A stretch of DNA of 32,580 nucleotides from Gammaproteobacteria bacterium (GTDB lineage Bacteria > Pseudomonadota > Gammaproteobacteria > SG8-11). The position numbers and the translations under genes were made by a program. Below, piece by piece: positions 16,608-27,730 of this stretch. Where the stretch lies: positions 1-32,580 of the forward strand of contig JACQEQ010000285.1 of the NCBI GenBank assembly GCA_016200445.1. Direction: 5' to 3'. The notes below the pieces were generated by a model. It worked only from the letters and a program-made list of their open reading frames with translations, did no database searches and was not told the DNA's origin. Every line of letters begins with the position of its first letter. Within the stretch, counting starts at the first letter, position 1.

Positions 16608-17780
16608 CTACTGCTTTACGGTCTCCAGCACTGTCCACTTGCCGCCTTTTAATTCGTACAGCGTCACTGGACCACCTTTTAAATCACCCTTGGCATCGAA
16701 GCTGATCTGACCGGTGACGCCGGTGAAATTGACGTTATTCAGCGCTGCCAAATAAGTTTGCGGCTCGACCGAGTTGGCGGCTTTCATTGCGTTGATCATG
16801 GCCCACGCGGCGTCGTAGGCGTACGGCGCATAAAGCTGGATCGCGCCGTATTTCGCAGTGTATTTGCTGATGAAGTCTTTGCCGCCGGGCATGGTGTCGA
16901 TGGGCAAGCCGGGCGATGACGCGATGACGCCTTCGCCATCCGCACCCGCGATACCGACGAACTCGGTGGTTTGCACACCGTCGCCGCCGAGCAGCTTGGC
17001 TTTGAGGCCGAGACGTTTCATTTGCTTGGCCATCGGCGCGCCTTGCGGATACATGCCGCCGAAAAACACCACGTCCGGCTGCTTGCCTTTGATCGACGTC
17101 AAAATCGCGGTGAAGTCATTGGCCTTGTCGCTGGTGTATTCGCGCACCACCACTTGCGCACCGGCGGCTTTGGCGGTTTTCTCGAATTGATCCGCCAGCC
17201 CTTGACCATACGCTGTGCGGTCATCGATCACGGCGATTTTTTTCGCGCCCATTTTGGTCGCGGCATAATTGCCAAGCACCGCGCCCTGCTGTTCGTCGTT
17301 GGCCATCACGCGGAACGCGGTTTTATAACCCTGGCCGGTATACGGTATCGCGGTGGCCGATGGCGAAATTTGCGGAATGCCTGCGTCGGAATAAATTTTC
17401 GACGCCGGAATGCTGGTGCCGGAGTTCATGTGGCCGATCACGCCTTTCACTTTTTGATCCGCCAGTTTTTGCGCAACCACGGTCGCGGTGCGCGGATCGG
17501 TTTGATCGTCCTCGCTGATCATTTCGAATTTAACTTTCTTGCCGCCGATCACCAACCCTTGTGCGTTGGCTTCATCGAAGGCCAGGCGTGCGCCGTTTTC
17601 GTTGTCTTTACCCAGCGACGCTTGCGGCCCGGTGAGCGGCGCGACTGAACCGACACGGACTACATCTTCACTTGCGGCTTGTGTCGCAACAGGCGCTGCG
17701 TTGGTAACGGGCTGCTCTTTTTTTCCACATGCGGCGGCGGCACAACATATGGCGATCAATAGCGGGTGATGGAGTTTCAC
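16608..17780 (-). CDS. livK: branched-chain amino acid ABC transporter substrate-binding protein (lipoprotein-type signal)
   Basis: Signal MKLHHPLLIAICCAAAACGKK, then a type I periplasmic-binding fold of the Leu/Ile/Val family (VRVGSVAPLTGPQASLGKDNENGARLA ... GHMNSGTSIPAS). It is the first gene of the liv operon. Confidence 0.9.
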   Translation of the reverse strand: MKLHHPLLIAICCAAAACGKKEQPVTNAAPVATQAASEDVVRVGSVAPLTGPQASLGKDNENGARLAFDEANAQGLVIGGKKVKFEMISEDDQTDPRTATVVAQKLADQKVKGVIGHMNSGTSIPASKIYSDAGIPQISPSATAIPYTGQGYKTAFRVMANDEQQGAVLGNYAATKMGAKKIAVIDDRTAYGQGLADQFEKTAKAAGAQVVVREYTSDKANDFTAILTSIKGKQPDVVFFGGMYPQGAPMAKQMKRLGLKAKLLGGDGVQTTEFVGIAGADGEGVIASSPGLPIDTMPGGKDFISKYTAKYGAIQLYAPYAYDAAWAMINAMKAANSVEPQTYLAALNNVNFTGVTGQISFDAKGDLKGGPVTLYELKGGKWTVLETVKQ

Positions 17781-17890
17781 GGCAGTTCTCCCTTATTTTT
17801 GGACGAAACGTGTGGGTGTAGTGTAGCTCAAATTTTTCGTAAGAGCCGTCGCGCCTTGACCCGCTGCGACAGTTCTTCTAGCGTGCGCAG

Positions 17891-18466
17891 ATGATAAAAA
17901 CTCCCGCCCCTCTCGACCCCGCCGTGACTGACGCAGCGCGCACGTTATGCGCAGGCGGTATCGTCGCCTATCCAACGGAAGCAGTGTATGGATTGGGTTG
18001 CGACCCACGCAACGCTGAGGCAGTGCAGCGCCTGCTCGAAATTAAACAACGCGACCCGCTCAAGGGGCTTATTTTGATTGCCGCGTCGTTCGATCAACTT
18101 AAACCCTACCTGGTTGCGCTTGATGACAACACCCGCGCCCGCGTGCTGCCTACCTGGCCCGGGCCGGTCACGTGGCTGCTGCCCGCGCGCGATGCAGTCT
18201 CGCCGTTGTTGCGCGGTGCGCACCCCACGCTGGCGGTACGTGTGACTGCGCATCCGTTGGCGGCGGCGTTGTGCCGCGCGTTCGGCGGTGCACTGGTTTC
18301 CACCAGCGCCAATCGCAGCAACGAACCACCGGCACGCACGGCGCAGCAAGTGCGCGCGCAACTCGGCGCGGACCTGGACTACCTGTTGGACGGCGTGGTC
18401 GGCAGCGCGGCGAATCCTACCGAAATCCGCGACGCCGCGACAGGCGCCGTGCTGCGCCCGGCCTAA
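17891..18466 (+). CDS. tsaC: L-threonylcarbamoyladenylate synthase type 1 (YrdC/TsaC)
   Basis: GGIVAYPTEAVYGLGCDP, RLLEIKQRDPLKGLILI and ALVSTSANRSNEPP are hallmark YrdC-domain motifs. 191 aa. Confidence 0.9.
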   Translation: MIKTPAPLDPAVTDAARTLCAGGIVAYPTEAVYGLGCDPRNAEAVQRLLEIKQRDPLKGLILIAASFDQLKPYLVALDDNTRARVLPTWPGPVTWLLPARDAVSPLLRGAHPTLAVRVTAHPLAAALCRAFGGALVSTSANRSNEPPARTAQQVRAQLGADLDYLLDGVVGSAANPTEIRDAATGAVLRPA

Positions 18467-18578
18467 CACTCCTTATGCACCCCCACAATATCGATGTAAC
18501 CCGGCATTACTTCCCCGGTTGCGACGCCGTTTGCTATTGTTTTCTCAACCCCTCCTGAAACCCCCCTGTTTCAGCTCC

Positions 18579-19583
<1,005 letters not shown>

Positions 19584-19585
19584 GT

Positions 19586-19634
19586 GCGCGATTCATCGCG
19601 CCTTCACTGCGGGCGCCATGAATGGCGCCCCTAC
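19586..19634. repeat. pair of REP-type palindromes in opposite orientation (BIME-like) between hemF and rsmD
   Basis: GCGCGAT-TC-ATCGCGC at 19586-19601, and GGGCGCCAT-GA-ATGGCGCCC plus CTAC at 19611-19634. Same family as 16588-16607; the loop ATTCAT is the complement of ATGAAT. Confidence 0.7.
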
Positions 19635-19647
19635 AAGGTTCGAACGT

Positions 19648-21011
<1,364 letters not shown>

Positions 21012-21036
21012 CAGCTAACTTGCTGTAGCAAACAAT

Positions 21037-21066
21037 AAGGCCCTGCTCGCAGGGCCTTTTGTTTTT
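21037..21066 (+). terminator. rho-independent terminator after the ferredoxin gene
   Basis: AAGGCCCTG-CTCG-CAGGGCCTT stem-loop followed by TTGTTTTT. It ends right at the ggt start codon. Confidence 0.8.
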
Positions 21067-22746
21067 ATGCGCGCAGCTATACTGAGTTTCATGCCCCGCT
21101 TACTCGCACCGGTCATTATCCTACTGCTGTCTATTCCGGCCCACGCGGCGCACCCGCCTGCGGCGGCAATTGCAAGTGCCCATCCGCTCGCTACCGATGC
21201 CGGCATGGAGATTCTGAATGCGGGCGGCAATGCCTTCGACGCCGCCGTTGCGGTCACCGGTGCGTTGGCGGTGGTGGCACCGATGAGCTGCGGTCTGGGC
21301 GGCGGCGGATTCTGGCTGTTACATCGCGCGAAAGATAATTTCGAAACCATGATCGACGGGCGTGAAACCGCTCCGCAAGCGGCACGTAACAATATGTATC
21401 TGGATGAGCAAGGCAACGTGGTGCCAAATTTGTCACTGGATGGCCCCTTATCGGCCGCAATTCCCGGCACGCCGGCGGCATTGGTCCATCTCGCCAAAAA
21501 ATACGGCCGATTGCCGCTGGCACGCTCACTCGCACCCGCGATCCGGCTGGCGCATGACGGATTTGCGACCGACGAATTTTATCGGCGCGTGGCTGAGTTT
21601 CGGCTGACCGCATTGGCGAACGCGCCGGGGTTGCTGGAGCAAGGAAAACCGCCGCAACCGGGCTTCGTGTTGCGGCAACCCGATCTCGCCGCAGTATTAA
21701 TCTCGCTGGCTAAACAGGGCACAGCAGGCTTTTATCACGGCGAGGTCGCCAGCAAATTAGTCGACGGCGTGCGCCACGCGGGCGGTATCTGGACACTGAA
21801 TGATTTAGCCAACTACAAAATCATCGAACGCACCCCGCTACGCGGTGAATACCACGGCACACGCATCACCTCGGCGCCGCCGCCGTCCTCGGGCGGCGTG
21901 GCCTTGATGTCCATGCTCAACATTTTGAGCGGTTACCCGCTGACGACACTGGATGCATCGACGCAAACGCATCTGCTTATTGAAGCCATGCGCCGCGCCT
22001 ATCGCGACCGTGCCGAATACTTGGGTGATCCCGGTTTCGTCAGCGTCCCTGTTAAACAATTGCTGCATCCGTTTTATGCCGCCGGATTACGCGCCTCGAT
22101 CCGCCTCGACCGCGCCACTCCCAGCAGCGCCTTACCCACTGAAATCCCTGTGCAGCAAGGCCCAGACACCACGCATTTTTCAATTCTAGATCGCGACGGC
22201 AACCGCGTTGCTGCCACGGTTACTGTCAATTACGCATTCGGTTCGGCATTTATTCCTCCGGGCACTGGCGTGTTACTCAATGATGAAATGGACGACTTCT
22301 CGGCCAAACCCGGTGCGCCGAATGCTTATGGCTTGGTCGGCGCGGAAGCCAATGCAATTGCGCCCGGCAAGCGCCCGCTGTCGAGCATGACGCCGACCTT
22401 TCTTGAAAACCAACGCGGCGTTGCGATTCTCGGCACCCCCGGCGGTAGCCGCATCATCAGCATGGTGTTGCTCGCGACATTAGAATTTGCGCGGGGTGGC
22501 AATGCCGCAAACATGGTCGCGCTACCGCGTTTGCATCATCAATTTGTGCCCGACCAAGTGTTCTACGAAGCAGATGCACTGAACCCCGGACAACGCGCCA
22601 TGCTGGAAAAACGTGGTCACCGTCTGGAGCAAACCGCTGACCGTTTCGGCGACATGCAAGCGATCGTGTGGGAGCGCGATACCGGCGTGAATGCTGCCAG
22701 CGATCCACGCGGACGCGGCGCAGCACGGGTGCAAAATCCACCTTGA
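21067..22746 (+). CDS. ggt: gamma-glutamyltransferase
   Basis: Signal peptide present. GGNAFDAAVA; the autoprocessing/nucleophile site GPDTTHFSILD; LNDEMDDFS; SSMTPT; GTPGGSRII. 559 aa. Confidence 0.93.
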   Translation: MRAAILSFMPRLLAPVIILLLSIPAHAAHPPAAAIASAHPLATDAGMEILNAGGNAFDAAVAVTGALAVVAPMSCGLGGGGFWLLHRAKDNFETMIDGRETAPQAARNNMYLDEQGNVVPNLSLDGPLSAAIPGTPAALVHLAKKYGRLPLARSLAPAIRLAHDGFATDEFYRRVAEFRLTALANAPGLLEQGKPPQPGFVLRQPDLAAVLISLAKQGTAGFYHGEVASKLVDGVRHAGGIWTLNDLANYKIIERTPLRGEYHGTRITSAPPPSSGGVALMSMLNILSGYPLTTLDASTQTHLLIEAMRRAYRDRAEYLGDPGFVSVPVKQLLHPFYAAGLRASIRLDRATPSSALPTEIPVQQGPDTTHFSILDRDGNRVAATVTVNYAFGSAFIPPGTGVLLNDEMDDFSAKPGAPNAYGLVGAEANAIAPGKRPLSSMTPTFLENQRGVAILGTPGGSRIISMVLLATLEFARGGNAANMVALPRLHHQFVPDQVFYEADALNPGQRAMLEKRGHRLEQTADRFGDMQAIVWERDTGVNAASDPRGRGAARVQNPP

Positions 22747-22859
22747 TATGCGGCTACGGATCGACGCTTGCGCAGCATTGGGGGTTCAGCTAGACTGGCC
22801 CGGCTTTTCAGGTTCCTTAGTTGGGGAAATTGTTGGGGAAGGTTACTCGGGAGATCAAC

Positions 22860-22976
22860 ATGAATATGGCATTTTTAGTTCCTATCGTTATTTACAGCTT
22901 ACTGGCAATTTTCGCCACAATTCTTGGCGGCAAAGGATGTGACATTCTGGCTCAACGCCGCGCCAACCAGAAATAA
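22860..22976 (+). CDS. candidate 38-aa single-TM membrane peptide
   Basis: Below the ORF-track size cutoff. ATG 22860 is preceded by GGGAG 6 nt upstream. The product is MNMAFLVPIVIYSLLAIFATILGGKGCDILAQRRANQK: a hydrophobic helix followed by a basic tail. An intrinsic terminator lies 35 nt downstream. Confidence 0.45.
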   Translation: MNMAFLVPIVIYSLLAIFATILGGKGCDILAQRRANQK

Positions 22977-23010
22977 GCTTAAACGCGATCCATTGTCCGC
23001 GTCGCTCTCA

Positions 23011-23036
23011 AAGCCCGGTTCACCCCGGGCTTTTTA
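23011..23036 (+). terminator. rho-independent terminator/attenuator after the small ORF
   Basis: AAGCCCGG - loop - CCGGGCTT followed by TTTATT. Only about 22 nt separate it from the next start codon, so it may act as an attenuator. Confidence 0.65.
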
Positions 23037-23058
23037 TTCATAGCGGTTTTTGTTGTCC

Positions 23059-23616
23059 ATGTCTGACTCCAGCGATACACGTTACCTCGTCAAGTTTCTA
23101 GTTACCTCGGCCGCATGCTTTTTTATCGGCACGATACATGGCGTATTGCAGGTGATACGCCCGGTGCGTGCGTGGCTTGATGCAATCGGCAGTCCCTACG
23201 GCGGCCCCGGCCACATGATCGATCCGCTCGCGCATGCGCACATCAACACCGTCGGTGGCGTGGTGATATTCCTGATGGGCGCGACCTACTTCCTGCTCCC
23301 ATTAATGCTTGGCAGACCGCTCTACTCAAAAAAATTGGTGAATCACACCTACTGGTGGACCACCTTAGGCATTGCCGGCTTTTACAGCACACTGATGATT
23401 TTTGGCACGATTGAAGGTTATTTGCTACTTAACGAACCGGAACGTATGGCCGATGTGCACCGCTACTACGGACCTGTGATCTCAGTCGTATCGTCAGTAA
23501 TGGGCATCGGCTTCTGGGTGTTTTTGCTAACCTATTTTTTACCGTCAAACGCCGCACATGAGACTGGCGTGCGGTTGCCCGGATACGTTTCCCGACTGGA
23601 ACGGGAAAGACGTTGA
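23059..23616 (+). CDS. heme-copper oxidase subunit I-like mini membrane protein (about 5 TM)
   Basis: 185 aa from ATG 23059. TM-rich, with IGTIHGVLQV and PLAHAHINTVGGVV, His-containing helices like those of cbb3/NorB-type subunit I, but only a fraction of the full-length enzyme. Confidence 0.6.
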   Translation: MSDSSDTRYLVKFLVTSAACFFIGTIHGVLQVIRPVRAWLDAIGSPYGGPGHMIDPLAHAHINTVGGVVIFLMGATYFLLPLMLGRPLYSKKLVNHTYWWTTLGIAGFYSTLMIFGTIEGYLLLNEPERMADVHRYYGPVISVVSSVMGIGFWVFLLTYFLPSNAAHETGVRLPGYVSRLERERR

Positions 23617-23665
23617 TCTGAGCCTGCATCCAGCACACATTCTCCAGGTCACGACATTTTTCCAC

Positions 23666-24070
23666 ATGCCTCTCGCCTATGCGGGCAAGCTTGAGCGCCA
23701 GCATCTTGAGATTGAACAATTGGAACTCCAGGAGCCTTGGCCCGGTTTTGTTCTGACTCAAACCAGCTTCATGTCAGGCCGCATTATCAGCCTGCTGGAT
23801 TCGGCGCAATCGCTTTCGCGTCATGTCGTGTGTTTACCAGCGGCGTTTCATCTCCATGGAAAACTGCACTTCGGCGGCATCAACACGCTACGTACCAGCG
23901 CACGTGAACTGCAATCCACGCTGTTCGACGCCGGGCGTATGCCCAAAGACTTGTTTCTTGCGCACATCACCTGCCCTCGCTGCGCCGCCCAACGTGGCGG
24001 TGAAAAAATCCTGCTGCTGCGCCGTTGGATAGATAGTCCACGCTTGAAACAGCGCCAGGCAAATCGTTAA
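23666..24070 (+). CDS. hypothetical protein with a CPRC motif (start uncertain)
   Basis: The ORF is open from ATG 23558 (overlapping the previous gene by 59 nt) and has an internal ATG at 23666. Third-position GC bias looks like coding sequence. No recognisable family and no clear SD. Confidence 0.4.
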   Translation: MPLAYAGKLERQHLEIEQLELQEPWPGFVLTQTSFMSGRIISLLDSAQSLSRHVVCLPAAFHLHGKLHFGGINTLRTSARELQSTLFDAGRMPKDLFLAHITCPRCAAQRGGEKILLLRRWIDSPRLKQRQANR

Positions 24071-24367
24071 TGCACGACTGGTTCCGCAGCAGTTACTGGC
24101 GTACGCAAAGTACAAACATCCACCACTGCGTCACACCTATGCCAACTCACTTGCGCACTAAAACAGCGGATGTATCTTTTTAAATCAATATGTTAAGAAA
24201 ATAACGCTTGTCGGCTCCTGGCGTTTTTACATAAAATGATCGTGTTCCATCGCATGATCATGCGGCCAAAACCCTCATACAGCCGCAGCAGCTGTCTGGT
24301 TCGCAGCGATCATCCACACACCCATGTGCAATAGTTCGCCAGTGCGTAAGCCGAGAAGGTACCGTGT

Positions 24368-24688
24368 ATGTCCTCTGATGGAATTGAGTCACCCTATGTA
24401 CGCTTTATGGGTGGGTTAGCTGACAAGCTCGCACTCGCTCCGGCAGAAACCAGCGCCTTAGTGAACTCGCTGCGCGATACGCCGGCTCGTTCAGCAACCG
24501 ATCCGCTCGACCATGCCGAGTTGTTGTTGGCAGTATCGTTGAACGCGCAGATTCGCAACGCACATGACGATTTCCGCTGCAAAAAACTCAAGTTCCTATT
24601 ACGCAACAATAATGATCGCGCCATTAAAATCGCGACACAGTGGATCGACCAAAAAGTCACCTTTGAAGCCATGCTGGCTGCGGTTTGA
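24368..24688 (+). CDS. hypothetical protein (106 aa)
   Basis: An isolated ORF after an AT-rich non-coding stretch of about 300 bp. GAGAAGG lies upstream of the ATG. No recognisable motif. Confidence 0.5.
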   Translation: MSSDGIESPYVRFMGGLADKLALAPAETSALVNSLRDTPARSATDPLDHAELLLAVSLNAQIRNAHDDFRCKKLKFLLRNNNDRAIKIATQWIDQKVTFEAMLAAV

Positions 24689-24826
24689 CGCCGATCTACC
24701 CTTCCGAAATAACGAGCAGGCTTTTTTAGTAGCACCTCAAGCTCGCTGTCGCAGCCGCCGATAAATCTGAGTCCCAACGACCTGCCAAAATTTTACGGTG
24801 CCAATGGCACCGCAATTGGACCCCAC

Positions 24827-25291
24827 ATGCACGCGCATTATTCTCGGCATCACGTAGTAGTAATGCTATTCATAGCGCAAGGGCTGTCGTCCGCACTCTG
24901 TCAAGCCGAAGAGTCTGCGCCACCGTTACCTGAATCGGTGCCGGGCATAACGACCATCAACGCTGAAAATTTGGCCAGTATGCTGGATGGTAATACTCCA
25001 CCCATTGTCATTGATGCACGCACTGCAACGGGTCGCAGACACGGTTACATTGAAGGCTCCCTACACCTCGCCGACGTCGACACGAATTGTGTCTCGCTTG
25101 CGAAGGTGATTCGCAGTCGCGAAACGGCAGCGGTGTTTTATTGCACCTCGTCGAAATGTGGTCGCAGCCTGAATGCCTTGAAAATCGCGCAGGCCTGCGC
25201 GTATCGCAATATATATTGGTTCCGTGGCGGGTTGGAGGAATGGCAAAACAAAGGCTATCCCTACGTTAGTGCCAACGTGCCGGCGCGCTAG
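24827..25291 (+). CDS. periplasmic rhodanese-like (sulfurtransferase) domain protein
   Basis: Signal peptide VVVMLFIAQGLSSALCQA. Rhodanese fold signature PPIVIDARTATGRRHGYIEGSLHL ... AVFYCTSSKCGRS ... WFRGGLEEWQNKGYP, with an active-site-loop Cys. Confidence 0.8.
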   Translation: MHAHYSRHHVVVMLFIAQGLSSALCQAEESAPPLPESVPGITTINAENLASMLDGNTPPIVIDARTATGRRHGYIEGSLHLADVDTNCVSLAKVIRSRETAAVFYCTSSKCGRSLNALKIAQACAYRNIYWFRGGLEEWQNKGYPYVSANVPAR

Positions 25292-25294
25292 CAT

Positions 25295-27709
25295 ATGCAT
25301 CCGCGTCGATCACTACGCGGGAGACTCAGTCTGATGATCGGGCTGATGGGCTTGTTCGCACTGATTCTCACCCTGACTGCCGCCAAAGTATTTGAGCACA
25401 AAACCCTCGATAATCAGCGCACGCTACTAGAGCAACTGCTCGCACGCAAAGTCGAAGGTATTTATCAACAGCTTCGAATCGAGATCGCCGACCTTGCGCT
25501 TGCACTGCAAGCCGAGACCGAATTTCGGCACGCGTTTTCAAGTCAACTTCCAGAATTGATTACCGCAACACTGGCCAAACAGTTTCAGCGCCAATTCGCC
25601 AATGACGGCATCATCCGCTTACAACGCATCGGTCTCTATGATCAAAATCTGATACCGCTAGGCCGCACTGCGGATCCGATGTTAAAAATCGAACCCGACA
25701 TCGCTTGTGGTTCCCTCGTGGAACAAGCGGCAACGCGCATGGGTACCGAGCGTAGCAAAATTCTATATGCCCTGTGTGCGGCGCGCGGCCACGCCTATTT
25801 TTCTCTGCTTGCGCCCATCGGCGGATTGCGCCCGTTGGGGTTTGTACAACTTGAAGTTGACCCGATTATTGCGTTCGCCCATCTGGAAACGGAAATGGGC
25901 ATGCCGATACGGATTGTGGCACCGACAGGACAAGCTGCATTTCAGTCGCCTGACTGGCCCAATATGACCGCAAGTACGCACGCGGTATTTGCACAACATG
26001 TGGTCTATGCCGCCAGCTACGAACCGGTGTTTACGATCATCGCCGCCTATAATGTCGAAACCCTGAACCAGAATCTAGATCGCACCTTGTTATTGCTATT
26101 ACTCAGCGCAGCTGTCATCACCTTGATTGTGATAGTGACCATGCGCGTGATGCTAAGCCGCTCACTCGTCACACCGCTCGAACGTCTGGTCACTCATCTG
26201 CAAGTTGCGCATCACGACAAGCAGCGTTTGGGTGAACCGATCGAGGTTAAAGGCGATTTGGAGTTACGGCAGCTTGCGACGACTTTTAATGTCATGACTG
26301 CCGAATTGCGCAGCTTATACGGTACGTTGCAATACATGGCGTTTACCGATCCGCTCACCTGCCTGCCCAATCGTCTGCAACTACAGGAAAATCTTAATTA
26401 CTTACTCACGCTATACGCAGACAAAGGCTTATCGTTCGCGCTATTTATCATTGATGTTGACCGCTACAACGGCGTGGACAACGCGAATGACGCAGTAAGT
26501 AATGCGTTGCTCAAGATTGTTGCTACGCGCCTGCAAGAGGCATTGCGCTCAACAGATTTTCTAGCGCATATCCCCCAGGATCACATTAATGTCAACGTCG
26601 ATAATGTTGCGCGCCTGGGTGGTGATGAATTCGCAGCGTTACTCCCTCTGGTCGGCGATACAGACCAAGCCAAGCGGGTCGCTACTAACGCACTAGACGT
26701 CATGCGTACACCGTTTGAATTAAATGGAAGCAGAATAAAGGTAGACATTAGCATCGGCATCGCTCTGTTTCCATTGCACCGTAGCGACGCTGCGGGTTTG
26801 TTGCGTTGCGCCGATATCGCCATGTACGAAGCCAAACGCCAAGGACGTGGCTGCGTTGTATTCGAAACCGGCCAGGAACAAGACAGCGTACGTCAGTTCG
26901 ACCTCGAACGCGATTTACGTCAAGCCTTGGCGCGCGGACAGCTCGACTTGCATTATCAACCTCAAGTACACATGAAGTCGCGCCGTGTCGTGGGCGTTGA
27001 AGCCTTAATGCGCTGGCATCACCACGATCAAGACATGATACCGCCGGATTTCTTTATTCCGCTCGCCGAACAAATCAACATGATCCGGCCGCTGACTTTC
27101 TGGGCGCTGGAACAAGCCATCCGCGATTGCGCGCGCTGGCGTCGCGTTGGCCGCGACTTGGGTGTGGCCGTGAACATTACGCCGATGTGCCTGCACGACC
27201 CCAGCTTTGTGACCACCGTGTTGCGCTTACTGGCTCAATGGCAGGTCAGCCCCAGCGCGCTAACGCTCGAAATAACTGAACGCGGGCACTACGGCCAATT
27301 ACCGAATGCATTACCGGCAATTGCCGAACTCAACCAAGCCGGCGTTCAGTTATCGGTAGACGATTTTGGCGTGGGTTATCCTACTTTGGCGCAGCTCAAA
27401 AACTTACCAGTACACCAACTCAAAATCGACCGCAGCTTTGTGCTAGACATGTTGCTTGATGCCAGCGACGCCGGCATCGTGCGCGCCACCATCGATATCG
27501 CCCGGCATCGCAATCTGGAAGTCGTCGCTGAAGGCGTCGAGTTGCAATCCCACTGGAACGCGCTCGCTGACTACGGTGTTGACATTGCCCAGGGCTACCT
27601 GATTGCACGCCCCATGTCGCACGCCGATCTACTGCATTGGCTAGAAGCAAATACGGCAGGCGAAAGCGTGTGGATTCCCCTTTCATCCGCAATTTCAGCG
27701 ACCGACTAA
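25295..27709 (+). CDS. membrane sensor diguanylate cyclase/phosphodiesterase (periplasmic domain-HAMP-GGDEF-EAL)
   Basis: Two TM segments flank about 240 aa of periplasmic sequence. The HAMP region is followed by an intact GGDEF motif (RLGGDEFA) and EAL-domain motifs (EALMRW, DDFGVGY, QLKIDRSF, AEGVE). It starts 4 nt after the rhodanese stop. Confidence 0.92.
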   Translation: MHPRRSLRGRLSLMIGLMGLFALILTLTAAKVFEHKTLDNQRTLLEQLLARKVEGIYQQLRIEIADLALALQAETEFRHAFSSQLPELITATLAKQFQRQFANDGIIRLQRIGLYDQNLIPLGRTADPMLKIEPDIACGSLVEQAATRMGTERSKILYALCAARGHAYFSLLAPIGGLRPLGFVQLEVDPIIAFAHLETEMGMPIRIVAPTGQAAFQSPDWPNMTASTHAVFAQHVVYAASYEPVFTIIAAYNVETLNQNLDRTLLLLLLSAAVITLIVIVTMRVMLSRSLVTPLERLVTHLQVAHHDKQRLGEPIEVKGDLELRQLATTFNVMTAELRSLYGTLQYMAFTDPLTCLPNRLQLQENLNYLLTLYADKGLSFALFIIDVDRYNGVDNANDAVSNALLKIVATRLQEALRSTDFLAHIPQDHINVNVDNVARLGGDEFAALLPLVGDTDQAKRVATNALDVMRTPFELNGSRIKVDISIGIALFPLHRSDAAGLLRCADIAMYEAKRQGRGCVVFETGQEQDSVRQFDLERDLRQALARGQLDLHYQPQVHMKSRRVVGVEALMRWHHHDQDMIPPDFFIPLAEQINMIRPLTFWALEQAIRDCARWRRVGRDLGVAVNITPMCLHDPSFVTTVLRLLAQWQVSPSALTLEITERGHYGQLPNALPAIAELNQAGVQLSVDDFGVGYPTLAQLKNLPVHQLKIDRSFVLDMLLDASDAGIVRATIDIARHRNLEVVAEGVELQSHWNALADYGVDIAQGYLIARPMSHADLLHWLEANTAGESVWIPLSSAISATD

Positions 27710-27730
27710 CCACGTCTGCAGGAACGCCGC

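Noticed and set aside
16576-16638. 21-codon N-terminal extension of livH ([21 protein letters not shown]).
   Set aside because: It reads through the REP palindrome and overlaps the 3' end of livK. MDIFLQQLINGL at 16575 is the conserved LivH N-terminus.
19618-19647. Upstream ATG for rsmD.
   Set aside because: The ATG is the loop of the REP hairpin GGGCGCC-ATG-AATGGCGCCC. ATG 19648 gives a normal RsmD N-terminus.
22691-22942. 83-codon ORF overlapping the end of ggt and the small-ORF region.
   Set aside because: It starts inside ggt in another frame and has neither an RBS nor a family resemblance. The 38-codon frame at 22860-22976 has an SD, a clean TM helix and a terminator.
24797-24826. Palindrome GGTGCCA-A-TGGCACC followed by TTGG, resembling a sigma-54 promoter (TGGCAC-N5-TTGC).
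   Set aside because: The -12 element lacks the conserved GC (TTGG, not TTGC). The implied transcription start would fall on the rhodanese ATG and leave no leader. It may still be an operator, and it is mentioned under the rhodanese finding.
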